Assembly (NCBI GenBank): GCA_031416315.1
Contig: JANOTL010000075.1
Location: 1 to 64,000, forward strand
Direction of reading: 5' to 3'
Origin: Pseudomonadota bacterium
GTDB lineage: Bacteria > Bdellovibrionota_B > Oligoflexia > Oligoflexales > CAIYRB01
Length of the DNA: 64,000 bases
Position numbers and translations under genes: made by a program. A model generated the notes under the pieces. The model saw only the letters and a list, made by a program, of their open reading frames with translations, made no database searches and was not told the DNA's origin. The number at the start of each line of letters is the position of its first letter. Position 1 is the first letter of the stretch. Shown here in pieces: positions 39,774-50,412 of the stretch.

Positions 39774-41129
39774 ATGTCTGAAACGACGGCGACTCCGAAG
39801 TCCAAGAAAGCCGCGCAAGCCAAGCAGGAAGACGAGGCCGCGCTGGCGCAGGCCCCGGAGACCAACTCCGACGTTCCCGAGATCAATCTCAAGGAGCTGA
39901 AAGAGAAGCGCATTCCCGACCTGAACCGGGTCGCGAAAGAGCTCGGCATCGAAGGCGCCGCCAACATGCGCAAGCAGGAGCTGATCTTCAGCCTTCTGCA
40001 GGCCCAATCCGAGCGCGGCGGCGTCATCTACGGCGAAGGCGTCCTCGAGACCCTCCCCGACGGCTTCGGCTTCCTTCGCGCCCCCGACTACAACTACCTT
40101 CCTGGTCCGGACGACATCTACGTCAGCCCGTCGCAGATCCGACGCTTCAACCTGCGCACCGGCGACACGATCTCCGGCCAGATCCGCCCTCCCAAAGATT
40201 CCGAGCGTTATTTCGCGCTCTTGAAGGTCGAAAACGTCAACGGCTCCGCGCCCGACCCCGACTTCGAGAAGATCATCTTCGACAACTTGACGCCTCTCTA
40301 CCCGATGGAGAAGTTCAAGATGGAGTGGACGACCAAGAACCTCTCCACGAGGATCTTGGACCTGCTTGCGCCGATCGGCAAAGGCCAGCGCTCGCTCATC
40401 GTCGCCCCGCCGCGCACCGGCAAGACGATCCTTCTGCAAGACATCGCCTCGGCCCTGGCGAAGAACCATCCGGACGTCGTCCTGATCGTCCTTCTCATCG
40501 ACGAGCGTCCCGAAGAAGTCACGGACATGGAGCGCTCCGTGCGCGGCGAGGTCATCAGCTCGACCTTCGACGAGCCTGCCCAGCGCCACGTCCAAGTCGC
40601 CGAGATGGTGATCGAAAAAGCCAAGCGCCTCGTCGAGCACAAGAAGGACGTCGTCATCCTTCTCGACTCCATCACGCGCCTCGCCCGGGCCTACAACTCC
40701 GTCGTCCCCCCCTCGGGCAAGATCCTCTCCGGTGGCGTCGACTCGAACGCCCTGCACAAGCCGAAGCGCTTCTTCGGCGCCGCGCGCAACATCGAGGAGG
40801 GCGGCTCCTTGACTATCATCGCGACCGCGCTTATTGATACGGGCTCGCGGATGGACGAGGTCATCTTCGAGGAGTTCAAGGGTACCGGCAACATGGAGCT
40901 TCACCTCGACCGGAAGCTCTCGGAAAAGCGCACCTTCCCGGCCATCGACATCAACAAGTCGGGCACCCGGAAGGAAGATCTCCTGCTCCCGAAAGACGTG
41001 CTGAACCGCATGTGGATCCTCCGGAAGCTCCTGCAGCCGCTCAACACGGTCGATGCCATGGACTTCCTCTTGGACAAGATGGAAAAGACGAAAACCAACG
41101 GCGAGTTCATCGACTCGATGAACGGCTGA
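39774..41129 (+). CDS. rho: Transcription termination factor Rho
   Basis: [44 protein letters not shown]. Confidence 0.99.
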   Translation: MSETTATPKSKKAAQAKQEDEAALAQAPETNSDVPEINLKELKEKRIPDLNRVAKELGIEGAANMRKQELIFSLLQAQSERGGVIYGEGVLETLPDGFGFLRAPDYNYLPGPDDIYVSPSQIRRFNLRTGDTISGQIRPPKDSERYFALLKVENVNGSAPDPDFEKIIFDNLTPLYPMEKFKMEWTTKNLSTRILDLLAPIGKGQRSLIVAPPRTGKTILLQDIASALAKNHPDVVLIVLLIDERPEEVTDMERSVRGEVISSTFDEPAQRHVQVAEMVIEKAKRLVEHKKDVVILLDSITRLARAYNSVVPPSGKILSGGVDSNALHKPKRFFGAARNIEEGGSLTIIATALIDTGSRMDEVIFEEFKGTGNMELHLDRKLSEKRTFPAIDINKSGTRKEDLLLPKDVLNRMWILRKLLQPLNTVDAMDFLLDKMEKTKTNGEFIDSMNG

Positions 41130-41152
41130 GAGCCAGAAGAAGGGTAAAGACC

Positions 41153-41356
41153 GTGAAAGCCAACATCCACCCGGAATACGTCGAAGCCACCGTGAGCTGC
41201 GCCTGCGGCCACAAGTTCACGACCCGCTCGACCCGCGCCGAGATCTCCCTCGAGATCTGCAGCAACTGTCACCCCTTCTTCACGGGCAAAGTGAAGTTGA
41301 TCGACACGGCCGGCCGGATCGAGAAGTTCCAGAAGAAGTACGGCGCCAAGAAGTAA
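41153..41356 (+). CDS. rpmE: 50S ribosomal protein L31 (Zn-binding type)
   Basis: GTG start; KANIHPEY, CACG, CSNCHPFFTG. Confidence 0.97.
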   Translation: MKANIHPEYVEATVSCACGHKFTTRSTRAEISLEICSNCHPFFTGKVKLIDTAGRIEKFQKKYGAKK

Positions 41357-41380
41357 ACAGAAGAGAAGAAGTACGCAGAC

Positions 41381-42442
41381 TTGTTTGAGAGCCTCGAAGC
41401 CGTTGAGCGTCGCTACTTCGAGATCGAGGACTCTCTCGCTTCGGGGACGCTGAAGCCGCAAGATCTGACCCGGTTGACGAAGGAGCGCGCCTCGATCGAA
41501 GAGGTGGTCCGCTCCTACCGTCATTACCTCAATTTGCAGCTGAGCTTGGTCGAGGCGAAGACCATGCTCGGGAGCGAGAAGGACGCCGAGCTCCGCGCCA
41601 TGGCGAAGGACGAGGTCGACAGCCTCTCCGAGCAGCTCGAGGCGCAGGAAAAGGCGCTCATCTTCCTGATGCTACCGAAGGATCCCAACGACGCGAAGAA
41701 CGTCATCCTGGAGATCCGCGCCGGCACCGGCGGGGAGGAGGCCTCGCTCTTCGTGGCCGACGTCTTGCGCATGTACACGCGCTACGCCGATAAGCACCGC
41801 TGGAAGATCGAGATGCTGTCCTCGACCGCCTCCTCCTCGGGAGGCTTGAAGGAAGTCATCTGCCTGATCGAGGGCCAAAACGTCTTCAGCCGCCTGAAGT
41901 TCGAGAGCGGCGTGCACCGCGTGCAGCGCGTCCCCGCGACCGAGGCGCAAGGCCGAATCCACACCAGCGCCGTCACCGTCGCCATCCTGCCGGAGGCGGA
42001 CGACGTCGAGGTCACGATCCGCCCCGAGGACCTCGAGTTCACCGCGACGCGCAGCTCCGGCTCCGGCGGCCAGCACGTCAACACCACCGATTCGGCCGTG
42101 CGGATCGTCCACAAGCCCTCGGGCGTCGTGGTCGAGTGCCAGGACGAGCGCTCGCAGCACAAGAACCGCGACAAGGCGATGAAGATCCTGAAGGCGAAGC
42201 TGTTCGAGAACGCGCAGCGCGAGCAGGACGACGCCATCAGCGCCTCGCGCAAGAGTCAAGTCGGCAGCGGCGACCGGTCCGAGCGCATCCGCACCTACAA
42301 CTTTCCGCAAGGTCGCTTGACGGATCATCGCATCAACCTCACCCTCTACAAGCTGGCCGACGTGATGGAAGGCGACATTGGCGAGGTGCTCGACGCCTTG
42401 GGCGCCCACCATCAGTCCGAACTCTTGAAACGGGGCTCTTGA
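41381..42442 (+). CDS. prfA: Peptide chain release factor 1
   Basis: PAT tripeptide motif, [12 protein letters not shown]; followed by prmC. Confidence 0.98.
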   Translation: MFESLEAVERRYFEIEDSLASGTLKPQDLTRLTKERASIEEVVRSYRHYLNLQLSLVEAKTMLGSEKDAELRAMAKDEVDSLSEQLEAQEKALIFLMLPKDPNDAKNVILEIRAGTGGEEASLFVADVLRMYTRYADKHRWKIEMLSSTASSSGGLKEVICLIEGQNVFSRLKFESGVHRVQRVPATEAQGRIHTSAVTVAILPEADDVEVTIRPEDLEFTATRSSGSGGQHVNTTDSAVRIVHKPSGVVVECQDERSQHKNRDKAMKILKAKLFENAQREQDDAISASRKSQVGSGDRSERIRTYNFPQGRLTDHRINLTLYKLADVMEGDIGEVLDALGAHHQSELLKRGS

Positions 42443-42446
42443 GGCG

Positions 42447-43367
42447 ATGCAGGACTACGAAAACGCGGAAGATCGTCCGGCCGCGCCGCTCGCCGAGTCG
42501 TGGACCATCCAGCGCGTCTTGACCTGGTCCACGAGCTATCTGAAAGAGCGCCAGCCCGATTCGCCGCGTCTGGACGCGGAGATCCTGCTCGGTCACGTCC
42601 TCGGGCTCTCGCGCATCCAGCTCTATACGAACTTCGACAAGCCGCTGAAGACCGACGAGCGCGAGCCCTTCAAAGAGCTGCTGCGCCGCCGCTTGGGCGG
42701 CGAGCCGGTCGCCTACGTCATCGGCAAGAAAGACTTCATGGGTCTCACCTTCGCCGTGACCCGCGACGTCTTGATCCCGCGTCCGGACACCGAGGTGCTC
42801 GTCGAGCAGACCTTGGCCCTGACCAAGGATCGCGAGGCCGAGGCGCTGCGCATCCTCGACGTCGGCAGCGGCTCGGGCTGCGTCGCCCTCGCGCTGGCGA
42901 AGCGCCTGCCGGCGGCGACGGTCGAGTCCTGGGACGTGAGCGAGCCTGCCCTTGCCGTCGCGCGCGCCAACGCCGAGCGACTCGGCATCACCGAGAACGC
43001 CTTCTTCGTGCGCCAAGACGCGCTGGCCGACGCGGCTTGGGACGATTCCGAACGGCTCGGCGCCTTCGACCTCGTCGTCTCGAATCCGCCCTACATCGGC
43101 GAGCGCGAGCGTGCGACCCTCTCCCCTTCGGTCGCGCGCTTCGAGCCGGACCAGGCGCTCTTCGCCGGCGAGGACGGGCTCAACTTCTACCGGCGCTTCG
43201 CGCGCTCGGCGCGCCGGCTCATGAAGCCCGGCGGCGTCTTCCTAGCCGAGATCGGTTACGCGCAGGCGGGGGACGTCACCGTCCTTTTCGCGGCCGAAGG
43301 CTGGAGCTCGGTCACCATTGCCAAGGATTACGCGAAGCACGACCGCGTGGTCATCGCTCGCGTTTGA
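42447..43367 (+). CDS. prmC: Release factor glutamine methyltransferase
   Basis: LIPRPDTE, DVGSGSG, SNPPY. Confidence 0.97.
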   Translation: MQDYENAEDRPAAPLAESWTIQRVLTWSTSYLKERQPDSPRLDAEILLGHVLGLSRIQLYTNFDKPLKTDEREPFKELLRRRLGGEPVAYVIGKKDFMGLTFAVTRDVLIPRPDTEVLVEQTLALTKDREAEALRILDVGSGSGCVALALAKRLPAATVESWDVSEPALAVARANAERLGITENAFFVRQDALADAAWDDSERLGAFDLVVSNPPYIGERERATLSPSVARFEPDQALFAGEDGLNFYRRFARSARRLMKPGGVFLAEIGYAQAGDVTVLFAAEGWSSVTIAKDYAKHDRVVIARV

Positions 43368-43380
43368 GGGTTCGCCGCCG

Positions 43381-44511
43381 ATGTCCGACGCCCCGATCTT
43401 CGAGAGTCCCGAGCCTACGCTGCCGCCGGTGAATTGGCGCCAGGCGCGTCGTTTTATCGTCTTCCTCGCGGTGGCGGCGGCCCTCGTCTTCGGGCTCGGC
43501 CTTTTCTATGCCTCGCTGGTCCTGCCGATCGGCGTCGGCGCCTTCCTCGCGTATCTGCTCTTGCCGCTCGTGGACAAGCTCGAAACCTTGCGCGTGAAGC
43601 GCGTTCTCGCGACGGCGGCGATCATTTTCGTCGCGCTCGGGATCATCGCGATCGCGGTCTCGCGCATGGCGCCCCTGCTTTACGTGCAGGTGCTCTACAT
43701 CGTGAAGCTCCTGCCGAACGCGGTCGCCGCCGTGATGGAGAAATGGCGGCCGCTCGCCGAGCAGTACGTCGTCGACTTGGGCTTCATGACGCCGGCCGAG
43801 ATCCACGACCTCCTGTCTTACTCGAGCCTGCTCGGGAAGCTGCAGTCGCAGCTCCAAGCGGGAATCAGCGGCGTGTGGCGTACGGGTACCTCCCTCGCCG
43901 GCGGGATGGTCAACATCGTGCTCATTCCCGTCGTTACCTTCTTCCTCCTCAACGACTACAGGGCGCTGCGGCGCGCGGCCCTTTCGCTCGTGCCGCAGGA
44001 CCTGATCGTGCCGATGCAATTCGTGACGGCGAAGGTGAATCTCACCTTGCGCTCCGTGATCAAGGGCCAGGCGACGGTGGCCGCGATTTTGGCTGGGCTC
44101 TATGTGATCGGCCTCACGGTCGTGGACCTGCAGTCGGCGATCGCCATCGGCGTCGTCGCGGGCGTTTGCCGCATCGTGCCCTACCTCGACGTCATCGTCG
44201 GCTTGACCTTGAGCATGGTCGTCCTGCTGTCGAATTTCGCCGGCTGGGGGCAGGTCGCCAGCGTCGTCCTCGTCTTCCTCGTCGTGCAGGCGATCGACGG
44301 AGCGTTCATCACGCCGCGCGTGATCGGCGAGCGCGTCGGCTTGCACCCGATGGTGGTGATCCTCTCGGTCTTGGCCTTCAGCGACCGGTTCGGCTTATGG
44401 GGCGTGATCGTGGCGATTCCGCTCGTCGCCATCGTCAAAGTCCTGCTCGAAGCCGCAGCGCCGTTCTATCGCGCCTCGCGCGCGTATCGGGTGTGGAACT
44501 CGAACTCATAG
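43381..44511 (+). CDS. AI-2E family transporter
   Basis: Multi-TM protein; PRVIGERVGLHP, AIPLVA. Confidence 0.9.
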   Translation: MSDAPIFESPEPTLPPVNWRQARRFIVFLAVAAALVFGLGLFYASLVLPIGVGAFLAYLLLPLVDKLETLRVKRVLATAAIIFVALGIIAIAVSRMAPLLYVQVLYIVKLLPNAVAAVMEKWRPLAEQYVVDLGFMTPAEIHDLLSYSSLLGKLQSQLQAGISGVWRTGTSLAGGMVNIVLIPVVTFFLLNDYRALRRAALSLVPQDLIVPMQFVTAKVNLTLRSVIKGQATVAAILAGLYVIGLTVVDLQSAIAIGVVAGVCRIVPYLDVIVGLTLSMVVLLSNFAGWGQVASVVLVFLVVQAIDGAFITPRVIGERVGLHPMVVILSVLAFSDRFGLWGVIVAIPLVAIVKVLLEAAAPFYRASRAYRVWNSNS

Positions 44512-44692
44512 AGTCTGGCCGCCTGGCCAACTCCCGGAAACCACCGGAAATTTGGCTGAATCTACGTGGTCAACAAATGCACACATGAATGTCCGAATTT
44601 TTCCGGGGTTCGCAGATGGACACCCGCCAATGTGTCCTTTATCGTCACATCAACTTACCCCTGAGTCCGAAGTTAATTTTTAGGAGGCCATC

Positions 44693-45166
44693 ATGAAGCT
44701 GATCAATTCGATCATCGCCAGCTCGCTCGTCTTTCTCGCCACGTCGGCATTCGCGGCCAGCCCGGTCGTCAAGTCGGTCGTCGCGGCTGACAAAGCCGAC
44801 AGCAAAGCCTTCCGCGTTTGGTCCAGCGTTTGCGTCGGCAACCTCGCCGTCGAAGCGCCGGTCGCCGCCCAGTACGCCTACGTCACCGGCGCCGAAGGCG
44901 AAGAGATCCAGTGGACCGACCACACCTTCGAGCAGAACACCCTCTGGATCTTCTCGCAGCGCTTCCCGAACGACGTCGAGCCGATGCAGTTCAAAGTGAA
45001 GTTCATGAACGCCGAAGGCGAAGCCGGCCAAGAGCTGAGCTACGACCTCAACCAGACCGAGACCCGCTTCCGTCAAGGCAACTGCAACAGCATCGAGAAC
45101 TACAAGTTCGAGATGACCGACGCCGAAGTCCCGACCCTCGACCTGGTTCACGACATCGAAGAGTGA
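44693..45166 (+). CDS. Hypothetical secreted protein
   Basis: Strong SD AGGAGG, signal peptide ending AFA, two Cys, own terminator. Confidence 0.85.
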   Translation: MKLINSIIASSLVFLATSAFAASPVVKSVVAADKADSKAFRVWSSVCVGNLAVEAPVAAQYAYVTGAEGEEIQWTDHTFEQNTLWIFSQRFPNDVEPMQFKVKFMNAEGEAGQELSYDLNQTETRFRQGNCNSIENYKFEMTDAEVPTLDLVHDIEE

Positions 45167-45196
45167 TTCGCGACTCCTGAGTCCTCTCAGGATGAG

Positions 45197-45224
45197 AACC
45201 CGGGCCAAGTGCCCGGGTTTTTTC
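45197..45224 (+). terminator. Rho-independent terminator
   Basis: AACCCGGGC-CAAGT-GCCCGGGTT followed by a T-run. Confidence 0.85.
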
Positions 45225-45319
45225 GTTAAAAAGAGGTAGCCGGCCGGCTGTCGGAGATGATAGAAGCCGGCTTTCCAAGGTTCTTTTTCCCCCACTGCCA
45301 CGGATCGAGCGCCACGCGG

Positions 45320-46108
45320 ATGGAGCAGGATACCAGTCGGTTTTCGGAGCTCGCGCGGACTCTCAAGCGCGAAAAGCTGCCCCGCCACGTCGCGATCATC
45401 ATGGACGGCAACGGCCGCTGGGCGCGTGAACGGTCGAGACCGCGCGTGTTCGGCCATCGCAAGGGCGCCCAGAGCGTTCGCGCCGTCGTCGAAGGCGCCG
45501 ACTTGCTGGGGATCAAGGTGCTCTCGCTCTTCGCCTTCAGCGAGGAGAACTGGGGCCGCCCGGAGCACGAGGTCGCGGCGCTCATGTCGCTCCTGAACAC
45601 CTACCTTCGGTCCGAGCGCGCCGAGCTGAACAAGAACAACGTCCAGTTCCGCTACACGGGGCGGATCCAGCGTTTGCCGGAGAAGACGCAGCGGATTCTT
45701 CGCGAGACGGCCGAGATGCTATCGGGTAACACCGGCCTCGTGCTCAACCTCGCGCTGAGTTACGGCGGCCGCTCCGAGATCGTCGACGCCGCCCGCGATT
45801 TGGCGCGGCGCGTCCAGGCCGGCGAGCTCCGGCCGCAGGAGATCTCGAGCGAGCTCTTCCAGGAGAGCATCAGCAACGGCGACCTCCCGGACCCCGATTT
45901 GTTGATCCGGACGAGCGGGGAGCACCGCGTCTCGAACTTCATGCTCTGGCAGATCGCCTACACCGAGTTCTATTTTACGCCGGTACACTGGCCGGACTTC
46001 GGCAAGGTCGAGCTCGCGCTCGCCATGCAGGATTACGTGCGGCGCCAGCGTCGCTTCGGGCTGATCGAGGACGAAGGCGAGCCGGTCGCCACGATGGACG
46101 AGGCCTGA
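45320..46108 (+). CDS. uppS: Undecaprenyl diphosphate synthase (isoprenyl transferase)
   Basis: HVAIIMDGNGRWA, FSEENW, DLLIRTSGE, RRFG. Confidence 0.97.
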   Translation: MEQDTSRFSELARTLKREKLPRHVAIIMDGNGRWARERSRPRVFGHRKGAQSVRAVVEGADLLGIKVLSLFAFSEENWGRPEHEVAALMSLLNTYLRSERAELNKNNVQFRYTGRIQRLPEKTQRILRETAEMLSGNTGLVLNLALSYGGRSEIVDAARDLARRVQAGELRPQEISSELFQESISNGDLPDPDLLIRTSGEHRVSNFMLWQIAYTEFYFTPVHWPDFGKVELALAMQDYVRRQRRFGLIEDEGEPVATMDEA

Positions 46109-46109
46109 G

Positions 46110-46967
46110 ATGCTGCGCACGCGGCTGATTACGGCAGCCGTCCTGCTGCCGCTCGTGCTCGGACTCTTCATTTACGCCCCGTCGTGGTTCGTGGGCGGCT
46201 TCGTGCTTCTGTGCATGGTCCTGACCCTGTACGAGGCGGCCCAAATCCTGATTCCCGCGTTCGAGCGCAAGCTCGCGCCGGAGGCCGCCCCTGCGGCCAG
46301 CCCGCACACTTTCCCGGCGATGACCGTCGCCATCGGCGCCATCGCGCTGATCGTCGTCTGCAACAGCAAGAACGAGGCGAGCGTCGGCATCATCGCCGCC
46401 GGCGCCGTCCTGGCCCTGATCGTCGGCTGCTTCTCGGGGAAGTCGATCGAGCAGTCCATGGCCCGCGCCACGGGCATGGTCCTCGCCTATGTGTACGGGG
46501 CTTTACCCTGGATCGTCGTGTGGCACCTCTTCCTCATGGGGGACAACTCCCGCTACCCCTTGCTCGTCATGGCGATCACCTGGGCCGGTGACACGGGCGG
46601 TTACTTCGGCGGCCGCTTCTGCGGCGGCAAGATCTTCGGTAAGGACCGGAAGCTCGCGGCGGCGATCTCGCCGAAAAAGACCTGGGAAGGCGCGATTTTC
46701 GGCCTCGTCCTGTCGATGGTCGGCGCGGTCCTGATGAATCTCTGCTTTCTGAACACCTTGGCGCCGCTTCCTACCGTAATTCTAACGGGCCTCGTGGGAG
46801 GTATGAGCGCGCAGCTCGGCGACCTGATCGAGTCCTTGTTCAAGCGCTTCGCAGGGGTCAAGGATTCGGGTACGATCATCCCGGGCCACGGGGGCTTTCT
46901 CGATCGGATCGACGGGATACTCTTCGCGGCGCCCGTCGTCTGGGCGATCGTCTACTACGCCCGTTGA
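46110..46967 (+). CDS. cdsA: Phosphatidate cytidylyltransferase
   Basis: SPKKTWEG, GDLIESLFKR, PGHGGFLDRIDG. Confidence 0.97.
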   Translation: MLRTRLITAAVLLPLVLGLFIYAPSWFVGGFVLLCMVLTLYEAAQILIPAFERKLAPEAAPAASPHTFPAMTVAIGAIALIVVCNSKNEASVGIIAAGAVLALIVGCFSGKSIEQSMARATGMVLAYVYGALPWIVVWHLFLMGDNSRYPLLVMAITWAGDTGGYFGGRFCGGKIFGKDRKLAAAISPKKTWEGAIFGLVLSMVGAVLMNLCFLNTLAPLPTVILTGLVGGMSAQLGDLIESLFKRFAGVKDSGTIIPGHGGFLDRIDGILFAAPVVWAIVYYAR

Positions 46968-46976
46968 GGGTCACTT

Positions 46977-48719
46977 TTGGCCTCGTTCTTCACGCATCCC
47001 TTGCCGGCCGTCGTCATCTTGCTCGGTGTCCTCGTGTTCTTCCACGAGTTCGGGCATTTCGTCGTCGGCCGCCTTTCGGGGATCGCCGTCGAGATCTTCT
47101 CGATCGGCTTCGGACCCAGGCTCTTCGGCTTCACGTATCGCGGCACGGACTACCGCCTGAGCGGCATCCCGCTCGGCGGCTACGTGAAATTCGCCGGGGC
47201 GCACCCCGCCGAGGACGTGCCTGAGGGCCTCCCCGGCATCGCCTTTCGCGACGCGAGCCTGCCGCGCCGGGCGCTCACGATCCTCGCCGGACCCCTCGCG
47301 AACTTCCTGCTCGCCGTCATCGTCTACAGCGTGCTCGGCATGGACGGGATCTCGCATCCGCCGCCGAGCATCGGCGAGGTGATCGAGGGCAGCGCGGCCG
47401 AAGCGGCCGGCATCAAGCCGGGCGACCGGATCGCTCAGATCGGCGAGACGCCCGTCGTCACTTGGCGCGACATCGAGTCGACGATCTCACAGGCCCCGGG
47501 CAAACGCCTCGATGTCGTGGTCGAGCGTGACGGCAAGCGCGTGCCCCTCGTTCTGACGCCGGCGGAGATCAAGACGCAGGACGGCGCTGGGCGTGCGGTG
47601 ACGATCGGTCGCGCCGGGATCGCGCTCGGCCGCTTGCCGGCGATGTTCGCGGTGATCGAGGACGGGGCTCTGCGGCGCGCGGGCGTCGCAACGGGCGAAC
47701 GGGTCGTCGGCCTGAAAGTCGGCGCCGAGACGTCCGTGACGATCGCGAGCATGACCGAGCTCCTCCACAAGCTCACGGCGGCGGCGAAGACCGAAGACGC
47801 CGTGACCTTGACGATCGAGGCGGCGCATCCTCCGCGCGACGACGACGAGAGCCTAAGCGGCAGCGGCGAAAAGAAGGCGAAGCCTGTGCCGGTGACGCGC
47901 GAGGTCGGCTTGTCCTTGAAGACCTTGAAGACCTTGCCAGAGCCCTTCAGCAAGAAGGCGACGCTCGCGGCGCTCGGCGTCGCGGACGCGCAGCTGACGG
48001 TGGGCAACGCGACGGACGGCGCCAAGGCCTCGCTGAGCCCGGGCGACGTCCTCCTGGCATGGAACGGCAGGCCGCTGCGCGACCTCTACGCGCTGCGGGA
48101 GGAGCTGATCGCGAACACCGAGCCGAAGGCGAAGCTCGACATCGCGCGCGGGCTCGAGCGGCAAGCGGTCGAGATCGATCTGAAGCCGGTCGAGGTGCAG
48201 AAGCCCGAGGGCAAGGCGACGATCTATCAGTTGACCGTCCTCTTTTGGGGTCAGCCGGAAGAGCCGCCGCCGATCATCGAGAAGTACGACGGGTTGGTCG
48301 CCGCTGTCGGCTACGGCCTGCGCGAGACGAAGGCGCAAACGAAAGAGCTCTTCCGCAACGTCATGAGCCTGATCTCCGGCGACATCCCGCTGAAGGCGCT
48401 CGGCGGCCCGATGCTGATCGCGAAGGTCGCCGGCGACTCGGCGAAGCGCGGTTGGCAGAAGTTCCTCGAGGCGCTGGCGCTGATCAGCGTCAACTTGGGG
48501 CTTTTGAACCTGTTTCCGATCCCCGTGCTCGACGGCGGCCAGCTCCTTTTGATGGGGGCCGAAGGCTTGAAGCGGAAGCCTTTGCGCGAGGCGGCGGTGG
48601 AGAACTTCCAAAAAGTCGGCTTCGCCATGATCCTGGCGCTCGTCGTGCTCGCGACGTACAACGACTTGAGTCGGTTTTGGAAGGCGATGCTGGAAAGCGT
48701 GGTCGGGCTCTTTCAGTGA
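46977..48719 (+). CDS. rseP: RIP metalloprotease RseP (M50 family, PDZ domains)
   Basis: HEFGH, IPLGGYVKF, NLFPIPVLDGG. Confidence 0.95.
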   Translation: MASFFTHPLPAVVILLGVLVFFHEFGHFVVGRLSGIAVEIFSIGFGPRLFGFTYRGTDYRLSGIPLGGYVKFAGAHPAEDVPEGLPGIAFRDASLPRRALTILAGPLANFLLAVIVYSVLGMDGISHPPPSIGEVIEGSAAEAAGIKPGDRIAQIGETPVVTWRDIESTISQAPGKRLDVVVERDGKRVPLVLTPAEIKTQDGAGRAVTIGRAGIALGRLPAMFAVIEDGALRRAGVATGERVVGLKVGAETSVTIASMTELLHKLTAAAKTEDAVTLTIEAAHPPRDDDESLSGSGEKKAKPVPVTREVGLSLKTLKTLPEPFSKKATLAALGVADAQLTVGNATDGAKASLSPGDVLLAWNGRPLRDLYALREELIANTEPKAKLDIARGLERQAVEIDLKPVEVQKPEGKATIYQLTVLFWGQPEEPPPIIEKYDGLVAAVGYGLRETKAQTKELFRNVMSLISGDIPLKALGGPMLIAKVAGDSAKRGWQKFLEALALISVNLGLLNLFPIPVLDGGQLLLMGAEGLKRKPLREAAVENFQKVGFAMILALVVLATYNDLSRFWKAMLESVVGLFQ

Positions 48720-48743
48720 GCTGTCTGGGTCGGACTTTTTTAG

Positions 48744-48814
48744 ACCGCAAAGGGCGCAAAGAACGCGAAGGTAGGGTATGAAAAACTCTTCGCGCTCTTT
48801 GCGCCCTTTGCGGT
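48744..48814. repeat. 71-bp palindromic element, copy 1 (intergenic)
   Basis: 27-bp arms (ACCGCAAAGGGCGCAAAGAACGCGAAG and its inverse, 26/27 match) with a 17-nt spacer. Confidence 0.9.
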
Positions 48815-48823
48815 AAAAAATTC

Positions 48824-49534
48824 ATGATCCTGATCATCGATACGAGCATAGTCGGCGTCGCGATGGCCCTGGCCGAGCGCGGCAAGGGCATGCTGTGGAG
48901 CGCAGCGCATACCGAGAATGCCGGCTCGATCCTCGAGATCTCGGAGCTCCTGCGCACTGGCCTCGGGTCCGTCGGCCTAAAATCGGTCGCGGCACTGCAA
49001 GGCGTCGCCGTCTCCGTCGGGCCCGGCTCCTTCACCGGGATCAAGATCGGGCTCGCCTTCGTCCAGGGTTTGCGGCTCGCCGCGCCGGCGCTGAAGTGCC
49101 TGCCGCTCTCCGGCCTGGAAATGGCGGCGCTTCAGCTCGCGCGCGACGCGGGACGTAAAGATTTCGCGTTGCTCCTGCCGGCGACGCGCACCCACGGCTT
49201 TCACGCCGTCGTGACGAACGGCGCGGTGGCGCCGGCGCGGCTCGTCGCATTCGCGGACGGCGGTCCGGCCGAGACCGCCGAGGCCGCTCGGCTCAAGGCT
49301 TTGCCGGAAGGCTTCGCGATCGCCGTCAGCGGCCTCTGGCCTCTCGCGGAAAACGCCTTGGGATCCGCGAGGATCGCCGAAGCACTCGCGCCTTCCGCGG
49401 TGTGCCGCGCGGCGGTTTGTGGTATGTCGGAAAGATCGCTCGACGCGGACTTCGCGGCCTTTTCGGCGGCTTCGCCCGAGCCTCGCTACCTTCGACTGTC
49501 GACCGCCGAAGAGAAGAAAGGAATCGTCCCATGA
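48824..49534 (+). CDS. tsaB: tRNA threonylcarbamoyladenosine biosynthesis protein TsaB
   Basis: MILIIDTS, VSVGPGSFTGIKIG, C-terminal PRYLRLS. Confidence 0.88.
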   Translation: MILIIDTSIVGVAMALAERGKGMLWSAAHTENAGSILEISELLRTGLGSVGLKSVAALQGVAVSVGPGSFTGIKIGLAFVQGLRLAAPALKCLPLSGLEMAALQLARDAGRKDFALLLPATRTHGFHAVVTNGAVAPARLVAFADGGPAETAEAARLKALPEGFAIAVSGLWPLAENALGSARIAEALAPSAVCRAAVCGMSERSLDADFAAFSAASPEPRYLRLSTAEEKKGIVP

Positions 49535-50412
49535 AGCGTCCGCGGATCGGCGGCGCCGTGTACATCCTCCCGAACTTGCTCACCACGGGCAATTTGTTCT
49601 GGGGATTCTTCGCCATCTTCAAGGCGTTGAACGGCGAATTCGCCTGGGCCGGCTCGGCCGTCCTCCTGGCAGCGGTCTTCGACATGCTGGACGGACGCGT
49701 CGCGCGGCTCACGAACTCCTCGAGCGAGTTCGGCGTGCAGTACGACTCGTTGTGCGACCTCGTGTCGTTCGGCTGTGCGCCGGCGATCCTGATGTACCAG
49801 TACGGACTCCACCTCTACGGCCGCATCGGCTTCGTGCTCTGCTTCCTGTTCATGGCCTGCGGCGCCCTGCGCCTGGCGCGCTTCAACGTGATGAGCGGCA
49901 TCGGCAAGGCTTCCGGCGATTTCACCGGCCTGCCGATCCCGATGGCGGCCTCGGTCGTCGCCACCTTCCTGATCTTCATGAGCGATCTCGAGGCGAACGC
50001 GGGCACCGCATCGTGGCTCTCGTCGATCTACAGCCGCTATCTGCACGACTCGGCGAACAAAGCGAACTTCCTCCTAGTCGCGGCGCCGCTCCTGTCGCTC
50101 GCGATGGTGAGCAACATCGTCTACCGCTCGCACAAAGCGCTGAAGATCCGCTCGGTGAAGCCGTTCAAGCTGCTCGCCATCTCGACCTTCTTGATCGCGG
50201 TGATCGCCTACCAGCCGGAGACGGTCGGCTTCCTCTTCTGCGCGCTCTATGCGGTCTCGGGCATGTTCGAGTGGGCCATGGGCTGGCGCAAGGCGACCGA
50301 GGACGACGAGATCTTCGCGCCGCACGACGAAGACGACTCGATCATGGAAGAGGACACCCAACGCCAATCGGAGGCTCTGCGGCTGAAGCTCAGTAAGGAG
50401 AGTCCGAAATGA
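49531..50412 (+). CDS. pssA: CDP-diacylglycerol--serine O-phosphatidyltransferase
   Basis: LPNLLT, DMLDGRVAR, DSLCDLVSFG, RLARFN, FTGLPIP. Confidence 0.95.
   Translation: MKRPRIGGAVYILPNLLTTGNLFWGFFAIFKALNGEFAWAGSAVLLAAVFDMLDGRVARLTNSSSEFGVQYDSLCDLVSFGCAPAILMYQYGLHLYGRIGFVLCFLFMACGALRLARFNVMSGIGKASGDFTGLPIPMAASVVATFLIFMSDLEANAGTASWLSSIYSRYLHDSANKANFLLVAAPLLSLAMVSNIVYRSHKALKIRSVKPFKLLAISTFLIAVIAYQPETVGFLFCALYAVSGMFEWAMGWRKATEDDEIFAPHDEDDSIMEEDTQRQSEALRLKLSKESPK

Noticed and set aside
41381..42442. Programmed frameshift in the release factor
   Set aside because: The gene is RF1 (PAT motif) with a continuous ORF; the frameshift is an RF2 feature.
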